A stretch of 64,000 nucleotides of DNA from Mobula hypostoma (Eukaryota): the NCBI RefSeq assembly GCF_963921235.1, contig NC_086097.1, forward strand, positions 99,326,001 through 99,390,000, written 5' to 3'. Made by a program: the position numbers and the translations under genes. The notes below the pieces were generated by a model, which was not told where the DNA came from, made no database searches, and was given only the letters and a program-made list of their open reading frames with translations. Shown piece after piece: positions 49,105-62,429 of the stretch; the stretch's first letter is position 1, and every line of letters starts with the position of its first letter.

Positions 49105-52100
49105 TATAGGTTACTTAGGGTTTAGGAAGCAAGGATCAGACAGGCCCTAGAGAGTTACAAGTTAGCCAGCAAAGAGTTTAAGAATGGATTTAGGAGGGAT
49201 AGAAGGGTCATGAGATGGTCTTGATGAGAAGGATTAAGAAAAACACTGAGGTATTGTACATGTATGCGAAGAAAAAGATGAATAGAGTGAGGATAGGACT
49301 GACCTAGATTTTCAGGGGTGTGGGAACTGAAGTGAAAATGCAAAGGATGGGGCAGTTGGTGCATAAGTAGTGGCAGCTTTCAGGGAGTTTATGAGGATGG
49401 ATGGGCAGATGATAGAGCAAAGAAACACTCAACCAGATGGTTTGAGATGTTCTATTTTAATGCAAAGGGTATCATAAGCAAGGCGGATGAGCTTAAAGCG
49501 TGGATCAATACACGGAACTATGATGTTGTGGCCATTATAGACACTTGGATGTCTCGGGGGCAGGAATGGCTGTGGGTGGAAATCAGAAACAGGAAGGGTC
49601 AATAACTCCATTGGGTGTTTTTTATAGACCACCTAATAGTAACAGGCACATCAAGGAGCAGGTAGGGAGACAGATTCTGGAAAGGTGTAATAATAACGGG
49701 GTTGTCATGGTGGGAGATTTTAATTTCCCAAAGAATGATTGGCATGTCCCAAGAGCGAAGGGTTTAGATCGGGTGGAGTTTGATAGGTGTGTTCAAGAAG
49801 GTTTCCTGACACAATATGTAGATAAGCCTACAAGAAGAGAGGCTGTACTTGATCTGGTATTGGGAAATTAACCTGGTCAGGTGTCAGATCTCTCAGTGGA
49901 GAGCATTTTGGAGATAATGATCACAACTCTACCTCCGACCTTTACCATAATGCTGGAGAGGGATAGGAGCAGACAATTTGGGAAAATATTTAATTGGGGT
50001 AGGGAGAAATATGATGCTATTAGGCAGGAACTTGGGAACATAAATTGGGAGCAGATGTTCTCAGGGAAATGCACGGCTGAAATGTGGCAAATGTTCAGGG
50101 AACATTTGCATGGAATTCTGCATAGGTATGTTCCATTGAGGCAGGGAAAGGATGGTAGAGTAAAAGAACCATGGTATACATGGATGTAGAAAATCTAGTT
50201 AAGAAGAAAAGAAAAACTTATGAAAAGTTCAAGAAACTAGGTACTGTTAGAGCTCTAGAAAATTACAAGGGTGCCAGGAAGGAGCTCATGAATGAGATTA
50301 GGGGAACTAGAAGGGGCCATGAGAAGGCCTTGGCGAGCAGATTTAAGGAAAACCCCAAGGCATTCTACAAGTATGTGAAGAGCAAGAGGATGAGCCATGT
50401 GAGATTAGGACCACTCAGAAATGAGAGAGGAAACATGTGCATGGAGCCGGAGGAGGTAGCGGAGATACTTAGTGAATACTTTGCTTCAGTATTCACCAGT
50501 GAAAAGGACATTGGTGATTGTGGGGATGACTTACAATGGACTGATATGCTTGAGTGTATAGACATTAAGAAAGAGGATGTGCTGGAGCTTTTGCAAGATA
50601 TTAAGTTAGATAAGTCACTGGGACCAGAGAAGATATACCCCAGGCTACTGTGGAAAGTGAGGGAGGAGATTTTCAGAGGATACTGAAGGTGTGTTTGTTA
50701 GGTGTGTTCAAGAAGGTTTCCTGACACAATATGTAGATAAGCCTACAAGAGGAGAGGCTGTACTTGATCTGGTATTGGGAAATGAACCTGGTCAGGTGTC
50801 AGATCTCTCAGTGGAGAGCATTTTGGAGATAGTGATCACAACTCTACCTCCGACCTTTACCATAATGGATTATGAATTTGAATTATGATTATGAACTTAA
50901 AGAGGGGTAACTTTGAAGGTATGAGACATGAATTAGCTAAGATAGACTGGCAAATGACACTTAAAGGATTGACGGTGGATATGCAATGGCAAGCATTTCA
51001 AGATCGCATGGATGAACTACAACAATTGTTCATCCCAGTTTGGCAAAAGAATAAATCAAGGAAGGTAGTGCACCTGTGGCTGACAAGAGAAATTAGGGAT
51101 AGTATCAATTCCAAAGAAGAAGCATACAAATTAGCCAGAGTAAGTGGCTCACCTGAGGACTGGGAGAAATTCAGAGTTCAGCAGAGGAGGACAAAGGGCT
51201 TAATTAGGAAGGGGAAAAAAAGATTATGAGAGAAAACTGGCAGGGAACATAAAAACTGACTGTAAAAGCTTTTATCGATATGTAAAAAGGAAAAGACTGG
51301 TAAAGACAAATGTAGGTCCCCTACAGACAGAAACAGGTGAATTGATTATGGGGAACAAGGACATGGCAGACCAATTGAATAATTACTTTGGTTCTGTCTT
51401 CACTAAGAAGGACATAAATAATCTTCCAGAAATAGTAAGGGACAGAGGGTCCAGTGAGATGGAGGAACTGAGCGAAATACTTGTTAGTAGGGAAGTGGTG
51501 TAAGGTAAATTGAAGGGATTGAAGGCAGATAAATCCCCAGGGCCAGATGGTCTGCATCCTAGAGTGCTTAAGGAAGTAGCCCAAGAAATAGTGGATGCAT
51601 TAGTGATAATTTTTCAAAACTCATTAGATTCTGGACTAGTTCCTGAGGATTGGAGGGTGGCTAATGTAACCCCACTTTTTAAAAAAGGAGGGAGAGAGAA
51701 GCCGGGGATTTATAGACCGGTTAGCCTAACGTTGGTGGTGGGGAAACTGCTGGAGTCAGTTATCAAAGATGTGATAACAGCACATTTGGAAAGCGGTGAA
51801 ATCATCGGACAAAGTCAGCATGGATTTGTGAAAGGAAAATCATGTCTGACGAATCTCATAGAATTTTTTGAGGATGTAACCAGTAGAGTGGATAGGGGAG
51901 AACCAGTGGATGTGGTATATTTGGATTTTCAAAAGGCTTTTGACAAGGTCCCACACAGGAGATTAGTGTGCAAACTTAAAGCACACGGTATTGGGGGTAA
52001 GGTATTGATGTGGATGGAAAATTGGTTAGCAGACAGGAAGCAAAGAGTGGGAATAAACGGGACCTTTTCAGAATGGCAGGCGGTGACTAGTGGGGTACTG

Positions 52101-53945
52101 CAAGGCTCAGTGCTGGGACCCCAGTTGTTTACAATATATATTAATGACTTGGATGAGGGAATTAAATGCAGCATCTTCAAGTTTGTGGATGACACAAAGC
52201 TGGGTGGCAGTGTTAGCTGTGAGGAGGATGCTAAGAGGATGCAGAGTGACTTGGATAGGTTGGGTGAGTGGGCAAATTCATGGCAGATGCAATTTAATGT
52301 GGATAAATGTGAAGTTATCCACTTTGGTGGCAAAAATAGGAAAACAGATTATTATCTGAATGGTGGCCGATTAGGAAAAGGGGAGGTGCAACGAGACCTG
52401 GGTGTCATTATACACCAGTCATTGAAAGTGGGCATGCAGGTACAGCAGGCGGTGAAAAAGGCTAATGGTATGCTGGCATTTATAGTGAGAGGATTCGAGT
52501 ACAGGAGCAGGGAGGTACTACTGCAGTTGTATAAGGCCTTGGTGAGACCACACCTGGAGTATTGTGTGCAGTTTTGGTCCCCTAATCTGAGGAAAGACAT
52601 CCTTGCCATAGAGGGAGTACGAAGAAGGTTCACCAGATTGATTCCTGGGATGGCAGGACTTTCATATGAAGAAAGACTGGATGAATTGGGCTTGTACTCG
52701 TTGGAATTTAGAAGATTGAGGGGGGATCTGATTGAAACGTATAAAATCCTAAAGGGATTGGACAGGCTAGATGCAGGAAGATTGTTCCCGATGTTGGGGA
52801 AGTCCAGAACAAGGGGTCACAGTTTGAGCATAAAGGGGAAGCCTTTTAAGACTGAGATTAGGAAAAACTTCTTCACACAGAGAGTGGTGAATCTGTGGAA
52901 TTCTCTGCCATAGGAAACAGTTGAGGCCAGTTCATTGGCTATATTTAAGAGGGAGTTAGATATGGCCCTTGTGGCTACAGGGATCAGGGGGTATGGAGAG
53001 AAGGCTGGAGCGGGGTTCTGAGTTGGATGATCAGCCATGATCATAATAAATGGCGGTGCAGGCTCGAAGGGCCGAATGGCCTACTCCTGCACCTATTTTC
53101 TATGTTTCTATGTTTCTATGATACAGTGGGACATTAATAGGACACAGAACTGGACTGAGAAATGGCAGATGGAGCTCAATCCAAATAAATGTGAAGTAGT
53201 TCATTTTGGTAGGTCAAATTTGAAGACAGAATATAATATTAATGGTAAGACTCTTGGCAGTGTGAAGGATCTGAAAGATCTTGAGGTTCATATGCACAGT
53301 ACACTCAAAGCTACTGCGTAGGTTGACAGTGTTGTTAAGAAGGCATATTGTGTTTGTGAGTATCAGCTTGTGAGTTCAAGAGCTGTAATGTTACAGCTAT
53401 ATTAAACCTTAGTTAGACCCCACTTGAAGTACTGTGCTCAGTTCTGGTCACCTCATTACAGGAAGGATGTGGTACTATAGAGAGAGTGCAGAGGAGATTT
53501 ACAAGAATGTTGCCTGGATTGGGGTGCATGTCTTATGAGAATAGGTTGAGTGAACTTGGTCTTTTCTCCTTGGAGCGATGGAGGATAGAGGTGACCTGAT
53601 AGAGGTGTATAAGATGATGAGAGACGTTGATCGTGTAGGTAGTCAGAGGCTTTTTCCCGGGGCTGAAATAGTTAACACAAGAGGGCATAGTTTTAAGGTG
53701 CTTGGAAGTAGATACAAGGGGGATGTCAGAGGTAAGTTTTTGACACAGAGAGTGGTGAGTGTGTGGAATGCATCGCCAGCAGAGACAATAGGGTCGTTTA
53801 AGAGTCTCTTAGGCAGGTACATGGAGCTTAGAAAAACAGAGGGCTATGCGGTAGGGAAATTATAGGCAGTTTCTAGAGAAGGTTACATGGTCAGCACAAC
53901 ATTGTGGGCCGAAGGGCCTGTAATGTGCTGTAAATTTCTATTTTT
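49105..53945 (+). mobile_element. Older, internally deleted CR1 fragments (49105-50683, resuming 53120-53945)
   Basis: FNA..I..KADEL, FYRPP, VGDFNFP and KENPKAFYKYVK, then 3' RT and tail remnants after the younger insertion. Confidence 0.8.
50892..53119 (+). mobile_element. Young CR1 LINE, same subfamily as 45537-48392
   Basis: 467-aa RT ORF 51510-52913 (FVDD, premature stop), near-identical to the minus copy, with a (tttctatg)n tail. Confidence 0.95.
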
Positions 53946-53954
53946 ATATGATCA

Positions 53955-55660
53955 GGGATAAAAGGGGAAATGTGCTAGGAGTCAGAAGATAGGGGATGCC
54001 CTTAATGAATATTTTGCTTCAGAATTCACCTATGAGAGGGATCTTGATGAATGTGAGGACAGTATAAAACAGGCTGATATGCTAGAGCATGTCAAATTTA
54101 TGAAAGAGAATGTGCTGAAACTTAGTCCCTGGGGTTGGATGGGATATAGGCCAGGTTACTTCTGGAAGTGAGGAGAGTTTACTGTACCTCTGGTGATGAT
54201 CTTTGTGTCCTCATTAGTCACAAGAATAGTACCAGAAGGTTGGAGGGTGGCAAGTGTTATTTCTTTATTCAAGTAAGTTTGTTGGGATAACCCTGGGAAT
54301 TATAGACTGGTGAGTCTTTTGTCTGTGGTGGGCAAACTATTGGACAGGATTCTTAGAGACAGGGTTTATGAGTATTTTCAGAAGACTAGACTGATTAGGG
54401 ACTGTTAACATGGCTTTTAAGGAGCAGGTCATGCCTCACAAGCCTGATTAAATTCTTTGAGGAGGTAACAAAACAAATTGATGAAGCTATAGTGTATGTG
54501 GGGTATGTAGATTTTTGGTAAGCTACCTATGATAGGTTCATTCAGAAAATCCAGAGGTATGCGATCCAGGGAAACTTGGTTGCATGGATTCAGAATTGGC
54601 TTGTTCACTGAAGGCAGAGGGTAGAGGTAGATGGAGCATATTCTGCCTGGAGACCGGTGGCCAGTGGTGTTCTGCAGGGATCTGTCCTGGGACCCCTGCT
54701 CTTTGTGTTTTTTTTATAAATGACTTACATGAGGAAGTGGAAGGGTGGGTTAGAAAGTTTGCAGATGACACAAAGGATGGTAGTGGCATAGATAGTGTAG
54801 AATGTTGCCGTGGGTTACAACAGGACATTGACAGGATGCAGAGCTGGGATGAGAAATGGCAGGTGGAGTTCAATCTGGAAAAGTGAAGTGATTCATTTTG
54901 AAATGTCGAACTTCAAGACAGAATACAGCTTTAATGGCAGGATTCTATAGCAGTTTGGTGGAACAGAGGGATTTTTGGGTCAAAGTACATGAATCCCTTA
55001 AAGTTGCCACGCAATTTGGTAGGGTAGTTAAGAATGTGTACGGTGTGTTGGCTTTCATTAGCCGGGGACTGAGTCTGAGAGCCATCAGGTAATGTTGCAG
55101 CTCTATAAAGCTCTAGTTAGACCACACAGAACATTGTGTTTAGTTCTGGCCCCCTAATTATAGGAAGGATGTGGAAGTTTTAGAGAGGGTGCAGAGAAAA
55201 ACTACCAGGAGGCTGCATGGATTAGAGGGCTTGTCTCAGGAGGATAGGTTGAGTGAGCTAGGGCTTTTCTTTCTGGAGGATGAGAGGTGACTTGATAGAA
55301 GTGTATAAGGTGATAAGAGCCATAGATAGAGTGGACAGCCAGTGACTTCCTGGGGTGAAAATTACTGATGCAAGGAATCATAATTTTAAATTGATTAGAG
55401 GAAAGAATAGGGGGGAAGGGAATGTCGGAGTTAGGTTTCTTTATTCACAAAGAGAATGGCAGGTCCATGGAATATGCTGCCGGGGCAATAGCAGAGGTAC
55501 ATAACAATGACATTTAAAAAACTGAGGCGCATACAGTACATGTATAAAAGAAAACCGGAAGGCTATGTGGGAGGGAAGAGTTAGATTGATTTTAGAATAG
55601 GTTATAAGGTTGGCACAACATTGTGAGCCAAAGGTCCTGTATTGTGCTGTACTCTTCTGT
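53955..55660 (+). mobile_element. CR1 RT / 3' fragment, heavily degraded
   Basis: FINDL.EEVEGWVRKFADDTK and WQVEFN.EK; CR1 3' end. Confidence 0.85.
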
Positions 55661-55767
55661 TTAGCTTGAACCCTCATCTTTCTCACTCAGAACCATTAAA
55701 ACTTATTAATCTGAAATATTTTCCACTGGATATTAGGCTGTTGTGAAATCCACCACTTGGATTATGA

Positions 55768-55958
55768 CGCAAACAACAGGAATTCTGCAGATGCTGGAAA
55801 TTCAAGCAACACACATCAAAGTTGCTGGTGAACGCAGCAGGCCAAGCAGCATCTATAGGAAGAGGCGCAGTCGACGTTTCAGGCTGAAACGTCGACTGCG
55901 CCTCTTCCTATAGATGCTGCTTGGCCTGCTGCGTTCACCAGCAACTTTGATGTGTGTT
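55768..55958. repeat. Fold-back Penelope end: perfect 75-bp inverted repeat with 1-nt spacer
   Basis: 55808-55882 is the exact reverse complement of 55884-55958. 13-bp TSD acttggattatga (55755-67, 55959-71). Confidence 0.92.
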
Positions 55959-56194
55959 ACTTGGATTATGATGTAGGTAGATATGGAAGCATTATGCAGT
56001 AATATGAACAGGCCACTCAGCCCATTGAGTCTGTTCCAGCTTTCAATCACTGATTTGATTGTAAACTTAATTCTAGGTTCCTACCAATCCAATAGTGACA
56101 TTTCACATCCTTACTTATCAACAATCTATACACCCCTTTGGCTTAACAATATTCCAAGATCCTGCTTCCTCCAAAGATACCACACTCAGAAAAA

Positions 56195-56326
56195 CAACAG
56201 GAATTCTGCAGATGCTGGAAATTCAAGACCCTTCTAGGGTCTCGGCCTGAAACGTCGACTGCACCTCTTCCTACAGATGCTGCCTGGCCTGCTACCTTCA
56301 CCAGCAACTTTGATGTGTATTGCTTG
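56195..56326. mobile_element. Short Penelope end with internal inversion
   Basis: The terminal about 33 nt are in minus orientation, followed by hammerhead-to-tail sequence in plus orientation. 13-bp TSD acactcagaaaaa (56182-94, 56327-39). Confidence 0.85.
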
Positions 56327-57441
56327 ACACTCAGAAAAATATCATCTCATTGTCACATTAAAGAAAGTGCAACATTTTCTCCACTTCTATCAAGACTCTT
56401 CGGTATCTTACAAGTCTCAATCAAGTTTCCCTTCATTCAAGAACAACATAATGTCAAGCAGGAGAAGGCTAATGAAGACTTCCCCACCATTCATGATGAT
56501 GGCTGATCTGCCCGAGGCTTCAACTCCTCCGTGCAAGATCCCCATAAGTTCTCAACCTCCCAATCTCCCTCCATTTTAAACACTTCCAGGGTGTCAGCCT
56601 CCACAACTCTTTTGAGTAAAGAACTACAGAGATTTATTGCCCTCTGCAAGAAGAAATTTCAGAATTATTGTCACCGGCACAAGTCATGAAATTTGTTATT
56701 TTATGGTGGCAGCAGACAATAAAAAAAGTTACAATAGACATGCAGTAAGCAGTGCAAAGGAGGAATAGTGAGGTAGTGTTCATGGGTTTATGGACCGCTC
56801 AGAAATCTGATGGCAGAGGAGAAGAAATTGTTCCTAAAATACTGAGTGTTGATCTTCAGGCTCCTGTATCTCCTCCATGATGGTAGTAATAAGAAGAGGG
56901 CATGTCCCAGATAGTGAGGGTCCTTCATAATGACTGCTGCCTTCTGAAAATGTCCTCGATGGTGAGAAGGCTTCAAAAAGTGGTATCTCAGTATGTACAG
57001 TATATAGTTTTAAGTGACTAGCCACTCACTAGTAAAAACATCTTGACATTTATCCTGTCATGGTCCCTTGGGATCTTAAATATTTCAACGAGACCATCCC
57101 TCATTCCTGGTTAATGGTAAGAGTTCATAGCATTAAAAAAGGTTGGGAACCTCTGTTTTAAACAAAGACTAGTAACTCACCTGTTTAGCCTCTCTCGAAA
57201 GGATAATCCTCTCGTCCTTCTCCTAAAGGAGCTGACGCAAGTCTAACCTGTTCAAACTTTTCTCATGAGACAACTCACTGATGTGCAGGTATATCTGCTT
57301 TCTTTGAACCACTTCCAACATACTAAAAGCTTTCCTTAAGTAAAAATTAGTTCTGCATGCAATATCCGGATGTGGTCTCACCAATACCAAATGACTCTGA
57401 AGTGTAACCTTCCCAATTTTGTGTTTAATCCACCTAACAAT

Positions 57442-57653
57442 GCTGGCTGGTATAGTGGCAACAGCGCTGGACTTTGGGGCGGGAGTTCCCGAGTTCGAAT
57501 CCAGCCGGCTCCCGTGCATGCTTTGCATCTGTGCTGGGTTGAGCGTCGAGCTAACAACTCAACATTGTAAAAAAGAAATTGCCTGCTACAGAAACATCAA
57601 CAGCAGAAGTTGATGGCCTATGCTCTCTCGTGAGTTGAAAGGCAATTTCTTCT
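57442..57653 (+). mobile_element. tRNA-headed SINE with RTE-related body
   Basis: A box tggtatagtgg, B box gagttcgaatcc, motif gggttgagc...gctaacaactc, (ttc)n tail. 13-bp TSD tccacctaacaat (57429-41, 57654-66). Confidence 0.8.
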
Positions 57654-59714
57654 TCCACCTAACAATAAATGATAATATTGATAGCTTTCCTAATTATTTG
57701 TGGTACTTGCAAACAAGTCTTCTGCAAAGTATGCTCTAAGACACTCACATTCCTTTATATTTCTGAGCTCTAATCGCACCATTAAAATATTATTATTATT
57801 ATTAGTTAAAAATTTCTCCTGCTGCCTCTCAAAGTCCAACCCTATGTCCCCGTGTGAGAGGTGGAAATGAGTAAGGCTAGCCAACAGGGCTCTGGTGAAA
57901 TTGTATAGGCCAATCCCCTGTACAGTGGACACAACGGATGACAGAAACATTGATGAACTCTAGCCATACCATTGACTTTGGACGATGGAGAGGGGAGGAC
58001 GTAAATGGCCTATGCTTCACTGGGAGCTAAGGGCCCAAGAAGAAGAAGAACTTTTCCTGCTAAAATTAATAATTTCACATTTTCCACATTGTACTCTATC
58101 GGCCAGATATTTTGCCCCCTCATTTAACCTCATTTATCTCTTTGTGGTCACTTTATATCCTCCTCAGAAGTTAGTTTCCTATCTACCTTTGTGTCATCAA
58201 CAGTCTCAGAAATTATATCTTGGCACCCACCTTCATCCGAATCATTTACATAAATTGTAAAATGTTGAGGACCCAGTATCTTTCCCTATGGCGCACCACT
58301 TGCTAATCTTGCCAACTGGAAGACAAGAAATTTAAGCCTGTTTTCTGTTTTTCTAGCCCTCTGTCTTTGCCAATACCTTAAATTCTGTTTTCTGCAATAA
58401 CCAAATGTCTTCCAAAAATCAGTGTAGTTCCTGTTTATTCATTACTTACTCAAATAACTCCACTAAGCTGGTCAAACTTAATTTCCTTTCCCAAAACCAT
58501 GTTGACCCTTCTTGATTACTATGAGTTTTTCATTGTGACCTGCTCCATAATAATAGCTTCTGACATTTTCCCTCTGAGTCATTAAGCTAATTGGTCTGTA
58601 GGTCTGTTCCCCTTTTGAAATGGAACAGTCTTCAAATCTAAGGAGTTTAAGGACATTAAAACCAAAGCATTATCTGTCTCAATGGTCGTTTATCTTAACA
58701 ATCCAGAATTGAAGTCCATCAGGAACATGAGACATATTAGCCCATTGCTCCCAATTATTGAGTCCAATTCCAAATTTGTATTTACAGTATCTCTGGAGTA
58801 TTCTTGAATTCTCAAAAATGAAGACTAAGGCAAAAATCTGTTGCTTCATCTGCTTTTTCCTTATTTTCCATTATTAAATATTCATTTTTTGTCAACCCAG
58901 TGCTCATTTTATTACATTTCTTGCTTGCTTTTCCTGTATTCTGTTTTACCTTTCCTTATTCATTTTTTAGATTAGAAGAGAACAGGAGAAGGCCACTCAG
59001 CCCTCAATCCTACTCCACCACGCAATATGATTACGGTTGATCTTTCCTCGCTCTTTAAATATACCTAATCATCTGGACTCCACAACTCTCCAGGGTAAAT
59101 AATTAGAGATTCAGTGCTCAGAGCACTTCAGTTTTAAAATGACTGCCCCAAACTTGTAAATGTGTTCCCTTGTTTGAGATGCTTCCACTGATGGAAACAT
59201 CTTAATATTTACCCTGTCATATTCCATAAGAATCTCAAAAATGTTTTTACAGGAATACCTTTTATACTTCTAAACTCCAAGGAATATAGATTAATTTCTT
59301 AAGCTCCTTGTGTTCAGACAACCTTCTCATCCCAGGAACTAGCCAAATGAAACTTTTTTGGAACTGCTTTCAATGTTGGTATATTTTCTCTTAAGTAATG
59401 GGCTTAAAACTGCGCACAGTAATGTGGGTGTAGCTTCAGCAATATCCTGTACAATCACAACAATACTACTCTATTTCTAAACTTCAGTCTTCCTGCAGTA
59501 AAGGTCAACAGGCCACTTGCTTCAGCTGCTTACTATTTTTTCTTTTGTAATTCACATACAAGAACATGTAGATCCCTCTAAACTTCATTCACTTGCAATA
59601 TTTCTCCATTTAGATGTTAGTCTGCTTTTCAATTCCTCTTACTGATGCACATAACCTTTCACTTTGCCATATTAAATTCCATGTTTCACCTAGTACTTCT
59701 GTATCTAAACAGGT

Positions 59715-61330
59715 CTATGGCAGATACCATCTCCTCGGCCTTACACTCATCTCTGGAGCACTTGAACAGTGAAGACATCTACATCAGGCTATTATCAGGT
59801 TATTGACTAGAGTCTGCTTTCAATACTACTATTCCAAGCAAACTCATCACCAAATCCTGGATCCTGGAAGCGCTGTCACCTTCCTCTGCAACTGGATCTG
59901 TGGAATTCATTGCCATAGGCGGCTGTGGAGGCCAAGTCTTTAGGGCAGAGGTTGATAGATTCTTGATTGGTCAGGGCTTGAAGGGATACAGGGGAAGGCA
60001 GGAAATAGGGCAGAGAGGAAAATTGGATCAGCCATGATGAAATGTGGAATAGACTCGATGGGCCAAATGGCCTACTTCTGTTCCTATAATTTATGATTTT
60101 ATGGACTCTTGACTTTCTGTCCAATAGACCACAATCAATAAGGATAGGCAGCAATACCTCTGCCATGATTTTTCTAATCACTGTTGCTCCACAAGGCTGC
60201 ATCCTCAGCCCCCAGCTCTACTCCCTGTACACTCCGTGGAGAGCATTGTAACTGGCTACATCATCGCCTGGTATGGGGTGGGGCGTGACAGGGGGCTACT
60301 GCGGAGGATGAAAGTAAGCTGCAGAGGGTTGTTATCCAGGCTACCTTCAAGGAGCAGTGCCTCAGAAAGGCAGTGTCCTTCATTAAAAACCCCAACCACC
60401 CAGGACATGCCCTCTTCTCATTGCTACAAACAGGGAGGAGGTACAGAAGCCTAAAGGCACACACTCTACGATTCAGGAACAGCTTTTTCCCCTCTGCTAT
60501 ACGATTTCTAAATGAACATTAAACCCATGAACACTACCTCACCACTCTTTTATTTCCTTTTTTTTTGGCACTACTTATTTAATTTGACAATTTTATATAT
60601 ATATACTTACTGTAATTCAGTTTCTTTTTCTCTCTATCATCATGTATTACATTGAACTGCTGCTGCTGTTAACAAATTTTATGACATGCCAGTGATATTA
60701 AACCTGATTCTCTGACTGTGCTCTAACTATCTCCAAGTTTGCAGTGAGTCGCACATTAAATAATGTAAGTCAGATTACAAGAAGGAGATAGAGAACTTAC
60801 TGGCGTGGTTTCATGACCACAACCTTTCCCTCAATGTCAGCAATGTCATTGAGTTCAGAAAGGAGGTCGGTGTACAACATGCTGTCTACATCAATGGTGT
60901 TGAGGTTGAGAGCTACAAGTTCCTAAGTATGAACATCTCCAATACTCTGTTCTGGTCCAACCACGTTGATGTCATGGCCAAGAAAGCTCACTAATTTCTA
61001 GTTCCTCAGGGGCTAAAGAAATTCCACATGTTTCCATTGACCCTTACCAACTTTTATCAATGCACCATAGAAAGAATTCTGACTTAGTATGGCAACTTGG
61101 TATGACTTGCTCTGCATGTGGCCGTAAGAAACTGCAGAGAGTTCTGGATATCTCTTAACACATCACTGGAACTAGCCTCTGCTCTATGGACTTTGTCTAT
61201 GCTTCTCTCTGCCTCAGTGAAGCAGCCAACATAATCAAAGACCCCACCCAACCCAGGCATTCTCTCTTCTCCCCATTCCATCAAGCAGAATGTATAAAAA
61301 CCTGAAAGCACATACCACCATACCACTAGG
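59715..61330 (+). mobile_element. Degraded Rex1/Babar fragments with a nested CR1 3' end (about 59885-60095)
   Basis: PQGCILSP.LYSLYT, VESI.TG.I.AWYG and HPGHALFSLL..GRRYRSL remnants. Confidence 0.65.
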
Positions 61331-61334
61331 CTTA

Positions 61335-62034
61335 TGTAAGGCCCTGGCAAAGGTTTTACTGCTACTGTGGCAGGGTATTTCATGTAACGGTGTTTCTGTA
61401 GAAGCCGTGTTTGGGTTACTGTTGGAGATAAGGGATGCTTAGGAAAGTGGGCCATCCAATCAGCAGAGTGGAATGGGGAGAACATTCTAGAACACGCTGG
61501 GGGACTGGTTTTGTGAGAGACAACTGGTGGTGGGTCTTTGTTCGGCGGGAGATGAAGAGAGAAAATGCTGAAGAGAACCAGTCATAAGATTCGATCCAGT
61601 GGGAAAACGTGGTTCGATGGAGCCCAGGTGCGGAGGTCTGCTGAGGATCGGTGAGTATGACTTTTGGAAGGTTTGAGCTCCAGCCTGTGCACATTTGACT
61701 GCTTAACTATAATGGGCCCTTTTGTTTTTTTTCTTCACTAACTCTCTGGTTGTTGACGCTCACAAATACACTCCTTTATAGTTGTATGCAGTGTGTGATC
61801 TGTTATTTCATGCTGACTGGCTATTGCAGGGCCGTAAATCACACAACATTCACACAAACCGGCGTCTGGGTGAGCGAGACTTCCCAATGCCATGGATCTG
61901 GCAGGACCAAAGTTGTATACTCCCTCGACATACGAAGCCAGAGAAAGGTGGGTTTCTTGCTGTGGAATCCAGTGGCTGTTAGTGAGGGCCTAATGAGCTG
62001 CATTTCCACAGACGCCCAGTAAAAGGGGGGTTCA
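61335..62034 (+). mobile_element. Solo LTR (700 bp), unrelated family
   Basis: TG...CA termini with exact 4-bp TSD CTTA (61331-34, 62035-38) and a CCAAT box at about 61456. Strand is tentative. Confidence 0.7.
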
Positions 62035-62429
62035 CTTATCCTCTCTCTCACTGCTGTCAGACTCTTGAACATGCACTTTGTGCAATAAGATAGACTCTTG
62101 GCCTCAATATCTACAGTACCTAGGTATGATCTTTATCGTTTACACGCACAGCACTTCTTTTGGTAGCTTTTACACTTTATTCTGCATTGTTATTGTTTTA
62201 CCTTATTTTTAGCTCAATGCACTGTGTAAAGATTTGTTCTGTATGAACAATATGCAAGGCAACCTTTCCACTGTATCTCGGTACATGTGACAATAATAAA
62301 CCAAAACTGATCCCATCCAATTGTCCTTATATCCTCATCACAATATGCCCTCGCACATCTAGATCCTGAGAGTCCAACCTCTCCCGGCCCCCCACACATC
62401 ATTAATATAAATATATAAATCATAATGAA

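Noticed and set aside
57097..57155. hAT-like terminal sequence aaaaaaggttgggaacctctg
   Set aside because: Only one end is recognisable, with no partner TIR or TSD.
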